NCBI GenBank assembly: GCA_964016885.1
Contig: OZ024743.1
Coordinates: forward strand, 256,742,001 to 256,806,000
Direction: 5' to 3'
DNA length: 64,000 nucleotides
Origin: Eledone cirrhosa
Taxonomy: Eukaryota
Positions 55,989 to 64,000 of the stretch are shown here, in pieces (positions within the stretch are counted from its first letter, which is position 1; the number at the start of each line of letters is the position of its first letter). The position numbers and the translations under genes are program-made. The notes under the pieces were generated by a model, which was given only the letters and a program-made list of their open reading frames with translations, was not told the origin of the DNA and made no database searches.

Positions 55989-58518
55989 TTAGGGAGAAGT
56001 GTTTAGACGGGGTCCGTATTTGTTAATGAACTAAGATTCCTTGCTGATGCGCTGGGTGTGGGTGGCATTATCTTTAAATTTGTAGAGGGGAAATATTCTG
56101 AAGTTGGGATGATTTTGGGCGGCACAGGTATCAATGTGTTCACTCAGTGGTATTTTCCTGTATTCCCGTATTTTGATTTGGGATCTATGGACAGTCATGC
56201 GTTAGCGGAGGCTGTTTTTGGTCTGGCCTATGTATTGTTCTCGACAACCTGGACAAGTTAATACATATATTAGATTTTCCGATGCACATGTGAAATTGTG
56301 TTTTACTATAAAACGTTGTCCATCTTTGAAATAGAATTCCGAACCCTCTATTAGGTTGATGCAAATGCCACAGTTGGGTCTATCGCATTTTTTTACTGTG
56401 GGTTTCGTTGTTGTGGTTGGCAGTACTTTGGCATGTGTTAAGATGTTTTTCATTGAGTTGGATTTTCTTTTGCTCTTTATGATATCGTGTGTTCGTAGAA
56501 TTTGGTTCATTCTATGGTCCTTTTTCAATACAGGGATGTTCTAGAGGATGGTGTCAAAGGCCTCATTGTTGAGGGGGTTGTGTGTGGAGATGTATGGAAG
56601 AGCTTTTAGTTTTGGTTGATTTACTTTAGGGTGTCTAAGGTCCTGGGTACTGAGTTTTAGGGCACGTTGGATTCCATTGTCAATTAGTGATGCAGGGTAG
56701 TCCCTGCCTATTAGTGTGTCCTTTAGTTCTTGTAGCCGTAAGTAGCAGATGTTTTTATTGGAGACTATAGTACAGATTCTCTTGGCTAAGTTGTAGGGAA
56801 TATTAATATTAACGTGTCTAATGTGTGGATTGGCAGTATCGGTGGAGGGTCGGACGCCATGCTTTCCAGCATAGTTACGTCCCTTTACGATCTGAGTTCA
56901 AATCCCGCCAAGGTTGACTTTGCCTTTCATCCTTACGGGGTCGATAAAATAAAGTACCAGTAATGCACTGGATAATTGCTGGCCTTGTGCTTAAAGTAGA
57001 AACAATTAATATTAACGTGTCTAGGGTGGCAAGAGTTGAAGGGGAGATATTGCTTGGAGTCTGTGGGCTTGTAGTATATGTCTGTTTCTATTTTTTGTTA
57101 TGGATCTTAATGAGGATGTCGAGGAAGGGGAGTTGTTGATGGCTGTATTCCATCGTGAAGTTAATATTTGTGTTGAGCCCATTCATAAGGGTGTGAAATT
57201 CTTTAAGTTTTTCGATGTTTTCGTGCCAAAGGATGAAGTAGTCATCTAGATATCGCTTCCAGTTCCTTTCAATGTGTAAGTGAAGGGTGTTTCCAAATTT
57301 GTTTAGGACTTTAGTGTAGAGGGTGATTTCCAGGTATCCCATGACTAGGTTGGCATAAGTGGGGGTTGTTTTCGTTCCCATAGCGGTCCCAGATTTCTGC
57401 CAGTAGGGTTTGTTATTGAAAACGAAGTAATTGTTCTCCAAGATAAATTTGAGTCCCTCTATCACGAATTCTTTTTTGATGCGTTGTGGGAGTTCATTGT
57501 GGAAATTATCCATCCAGAATTGGATAGCTTCTATTCCTAGGTTGTGGGGGATGTTGGAGTATAGGTTGACTACATCGAACATCACTAGTAGGGTTTGTTC
57601 AGAAAGTGGCATATTAGGGAGGTGATTGAGCATATCTAGGTCGTCCCTTATATAGCTTTTGATGTGCTTGAGGAAGGGTTTGAGAAGGGTATCAATGAAG
57701 TTGCTAAGACGGTGCGTTTCGCAAGCGGGGCCTGCTATTATAGGTCTTAATTTGAGATCATTGGGTGAGGGAACATTGATGACTATGTCTGTGGCTTCCT
57801 TGCATGCCTTACTTATTGATTCGCTTTTATGTACTTTAGGGATACCGTAGAAAAGGCTGGATTTACTTGTGAAGTCTGTGATGAAGCTGAATTCCTTGTT
57901 AGTGAGTCCTTCTTTGTATTGGTTGATTAGAGTTTTTAGGTTTCTCATAATTTTCTGTTGATTGTAGTGTTCAGCCTTTTCGTAGTATGTTTCGTTTTCC
58001 AAAGTGGAGAGCGCTAAGTTGATATAGAATTCTGTCTCCATTAGGACTACTGTACTCCCTTTATCAGCCTCTTTAATTGTAATGGTTCTGTCGGTTTTTA
58101 ATCTATTTAATTCTTCCCATTCTTTCTTGTTGAGGTTTGGCTTGTGTTTTTGTCTGTGCAAGTGTTGGTAAGGGAAGTTTGTGATGTGTTCACAGAATTC
58201 GTCCAGGATTTTATTTCTACCTTTTGAAGGGGTGTAATTGCTTCTATTTCTGGCTAATGATTCATCCTCATTGTACTGGTCGAATAGTTGTTCACTAAGT
58301 CGTAACTTTCTACAGAAGTCTGTGATGTCTTCCTTCATTTCATAGTAGTTAGGACGTAGTGGGTTCGGTGTGAATTTAAGACCTTTGGAGAGTAAGTTGA
58401 TAAGGCTGGGTGTTGGTTCTGCACTAGTAAGATTGATAATTTTTATTACTATCGGTTTCTCCTCCCTGGCTTGTGTTATTTTGTTTACCTGTATCTGTGT
58501 GCTGTGTCTAAAAAATGG
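55989..58518 (-). pseudogene. PLE reverse transcriptase + GIY-YIG endonuclease, disrupted
   Basis: IINL..LLSKGLKFTP, IKEADKG, LRPIIAG, DVVNLYSNIP, GTAMGT, WKRYLDD, CDRPNCGIC, NLIYVLTC..QYIGQT; broken by a frameshift at ~57090, a SINE insertion and stops. Confidence 0.92.
56821..57004 (+). mobile_element. Young tRNA-derived SINE inserted in the PLE with a 19 bp TSD
   Basis: ATTAATATTAACGTGTCTA at 56802-56820 and 57005-57023; the empty site is preserved in the inverted arm at ~59679-59697. Confidence 0.92.
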
Positions 58519-59492
58519 TTAGGGTAGAGGGGTTGTCTGCTGATGTTAAGTGGTCTCCTGTGTTTGTTATATTCCTTGTTGTTGTAAAATGTGGTTCAGG
58601 TTGGTAGTTGTAGATTGAATGGGGTGTTCCTGTACTGCGAGTGTGGGTGTGTGTTTCTATGTGCCATGTTGTATTGTGGTGTTATAAGTGGCCTACGTTG
58701 TTGGTTGTATCGTGTGGTGTGGGTTTGTTGTGTATTGTGGAAGCGAGAGTTGAGAAAATGGTAATTACCTTGCTCTCCCCTTGAAGCGGGGAAGTTGTTA
58801 CATCTATCATGGCGGTGGTATCTTTTCCCTATGTTTGACGATGAGGCATCCGCGTAGCAGTTGAGTGATTTGGTATGGTGTCTCCTTGAAGGGGGAAAGT
58901 TGTAAATGTCATTCTGGGGGAGTTGATTTCTTGGGTTTTTGTTCCTTCTTATGGTAGCGAGGTTGGGAAGTTCATCTTCGGTGTGGTGCTTCCTTCTTCG
59001 TTTGTTAGAGGCTTGGGGGTTTGAGAAGTTGTTGTGCAGTTCAGTTATGGGTTTTCCTATTTTTATGAACGGGTTATTGGAGGTGTAATCCGTTTAAAAA
59101 GTCGATTCATAGTGTAGGAACCAAGCGGCACTTTTTTCCCAGCGTTGAAGGGATTTCAGTTCTTCTCTGTTGCAGTCCCCTTTCCATAATTTGGAGATCT
59201 TCTCTACCTTGGGGCCTTAAGTTTTGTTGTTGATTTCCAGGAGGATCTCTTCATCGATGGTTTTGATTTTTTCCTCATTTGTCTGGGCCCTCAGTTTAAG
59301 AAGTTCAATTTCTGTCTTCATTTTTTCCAATGCCATTCTTTCCCTAAGGTGTCTTTGAGGTTCCGGTTCATTTGGAATGGACTTTAGTTGTAGTTTACGG
59401 GGGAGAGTTAGAGGGGTTGAGTTAAGCCATTTTTCATATATCTCCGCTTTGTTGTGATTTTGTATCATCTTCCAGAATGAGAACTTTCTGTT
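58485..59492 (-). pseudogene. PLE-associated ORF1 (coiled-coil-like N-terminal part, N/R/H/P-rich low-complexity C-terminal part)
   Basis: One frame for ~335 codons with only three internal stops (59219, 59096, 58598) and no frameshift; includes ORF 59217-59468. Confidence 0.7.
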
Positions 59493-59493
59493 T

Positions 59494-61897
<2,404 letters not shown>

Positions 61898-62504
61898 GTG
61901 TATTTTTGCCTGTTTTGGAATTATTTGTATGCATTAAAATATGCTGTGTGAACCTGTTTCTAAATGAAGATCAATCTATGTACATATATATCAGCTTTGT
62001 ATGTGGGAGTCGTTGGGCTTCTCTGTGTTATTTAGTGAATGTGTACAAATAGAAAGAATGATGCAAATTTCTTAGTATTTAATATTTTATCAACTCTTTC
62101 TTACTTATGCTTAACAAATATATTTGTCTCCATGTAATATTTGTTGCAAAGTCAATATAATTTGATTTATCTGTTGATGAAAACATATGCAGGTGTGTGC
62201 AACAATGTTCCTATATTTATGAGGAAAAAATATATTTGATTTCGGAAGCACATAGCCATTCATGACCATATAAATCTATTTTGAAATATAATCACACACA
62301 ATATCCCATATTGTCATCTGTGTGTATCTACATATATATTACAATGAATTAGAGCTCAACCATCAAGCAGTAACTCATAATAATATCTATACTCTACTTT
62401 TTTAAGTATGGAGTACTAAACAGAACAAAGTTCGTACTAGTCTGAACATATAAATGTGTGTGCGTATATATACATACATACATACATATATGCACACACA
62501 AACA

Positions 62505-62573
<69 letters not shown>

Positions 62574-62671
62574 TTGTGTGTGTATGTGTGTGTTAGGTAA
62601 TTCCGAAGGAAAATCAAAGGAAAAAAAAGTGTTCTTTGTATAGAACAGAGCTATTTAATTAGAATATGAAC

Positions 62672-62780
62672 AACACAAAATATAACTACTCCATTACCAA
62701 AGGTTTCTGGATCCCAGACAATAGCAATATAAGTTTGGGATCCAGAAACCTTTGGTAATGGAGTAGTTATATTTTGTGTT
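62672..62780. repeat. Perfect 45 bp inverted repeat (19 nt loop)
   Basis: 62672-62716 is the exact reverse complement of 62736-62780; each arm contains GAAA-CC-TTT-GG-TA, resembling a hammerhead 3' half. Confidence 0.85.
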
Positions 62781-64000
62781 CTTCACTTTCTATATATAAT
62801 GATTAATTGATTAATTTAATTAGACAATTCTATTGATTGGTAAATTTACCGATTATAATTGAACTGTAGATCATTCACGCGTTTGCATATTTTATTCATT
62901 TTGAGTATGTTTTGGGGAATCAGAGAGTAATTTGCATTTATTTATTTTTATGTATAAATATAACAAACCATAACAGTCGACAAATATTGGTCTTTTTCTC
63001 CACTGAACTAGAGATAAAACTACAATTATAACATTACTAATAATGATTATAATTATTTATTTATTAAATGTATACCGTTTCATTAATACCTATAATAATA
63101 TCTCTATATAGTTGTACAAATAGGTGTATCTAGTGTAATAACATACTCGTAGTTACATTTATAAATAATTTAGATACTCAAATGACTCTATATTGTTATA
63201 AGTGTTTGATATTCCCTGGAAGTTCGAATTTATATAATAATTTTTACTTAATTTAATAAAATTTAATGTAATTTAATTTATTTTAATTAAATTTAAATTG
63301 AGATTACCTTCGGCTTTTTCAAATATTTAGCTACTCTTTCTATCATATTCGCTAAAATATTTTAGACGTATCTTTTGTCTACTTTATATTAAAACCATAT
63401 TACATTTTATAATATATTTTTAATATTGAGCATACAATTCATTATTTTTATTTTTATTTTTATTTCGCAAACAATTCATTATTTTTATTTTTTATTTTAT
63501 ATTTATTTTGTATCTAGCCCCTATCATTAGGACTCATGTAGTTTTGAATTATATATTTATAGTATATATCAACTAAATGAAAATAATTGATATAAAACAT
63601 TAATTTTTTAACAATATATTTTAACTATATATATTTTTTAACAATATTTTCAGTAACTTATTTACTATATTGTATTATTGTATTATTGTATTTTGTTATA
63701 TTATATATATTTGAAAGGTAGCACCTTAAGTCTATAGACATTATAATCCTTATGCATTTTTTGATTAACGCATATATAAAATTAAAAATTCAGACCTCTT
63801 TAAGTTTAGTTATAAGGCCGGTTGATCCTTTAGGCACTCAAACTATTTAATCATAAAATCTTTAATAATTGTAACTATAATTATTTTATAAATTATATTA
63901 TATAAACTGTTGTCAATATTATAAATAATTTTGGTAAAGATTACCTTCGGGAGGGTATAAAAGCATTATATATTTTCTCTCTCGTGTTTCGTAAATACTT

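Larger units (their letters stand above)
54771..59493 (-). mobile_element. Penelope-like element (Neptune-type) with upstream ORF1, 5'-truncated
   Basis: RT-EN coding 55989-58518, ORF1 58485-59492, 3' UTR to 54771 abutting (TA)n. Confidence 0.9.

Noticed and set aside
58596-58598. In-frame TGA in PLE ORF1 as possible selenocysteine
   Set aside because: Other stops are TAA, the context is not a conserved Cys position and no SECIS was seen; CGA>TGA decay is simpler.

Overview
AT-rich, microsatellite-laden eukaryotic DNA made almost entirely of transposable-element debris. The SINE families and (TA)n/(CA)n density suggest an octopus or other coleoid cephalopod; this is an inference. No host protein-coding gene could be supported. 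Recognisable content: a decayed 6.9 kb Helitron (RepHel), an L1/Tx1 LINE joined head-to-head to a copy of its own 3' end, three large Penelope-like elements (PLEs; RT + GIY-YIG), a mariner, RTE/CR1/R4 LINE fragments, many tRNA-derived SINEs, two minisatellite arrays and tandem non-autonomous Helitrons. Two observations stand out. (1) One GIY-YIG PLE carries a long coiled-coil-like ORF1 overlapping the RT frame at a U UUU UUA heptamer in exact -1 frameshift geometry, although a one-base homopolymer indel could mimic this. (2) About ten type-I hammerhead ribozyme motifs occur, many inside short fold-back (hairpin) PLE-terminus insertions at (TA)n tracts, and several fold-back centres map to ribozyme stem II. 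All coordinates were read by eye; element edges are approximate unless a motif is quoted.
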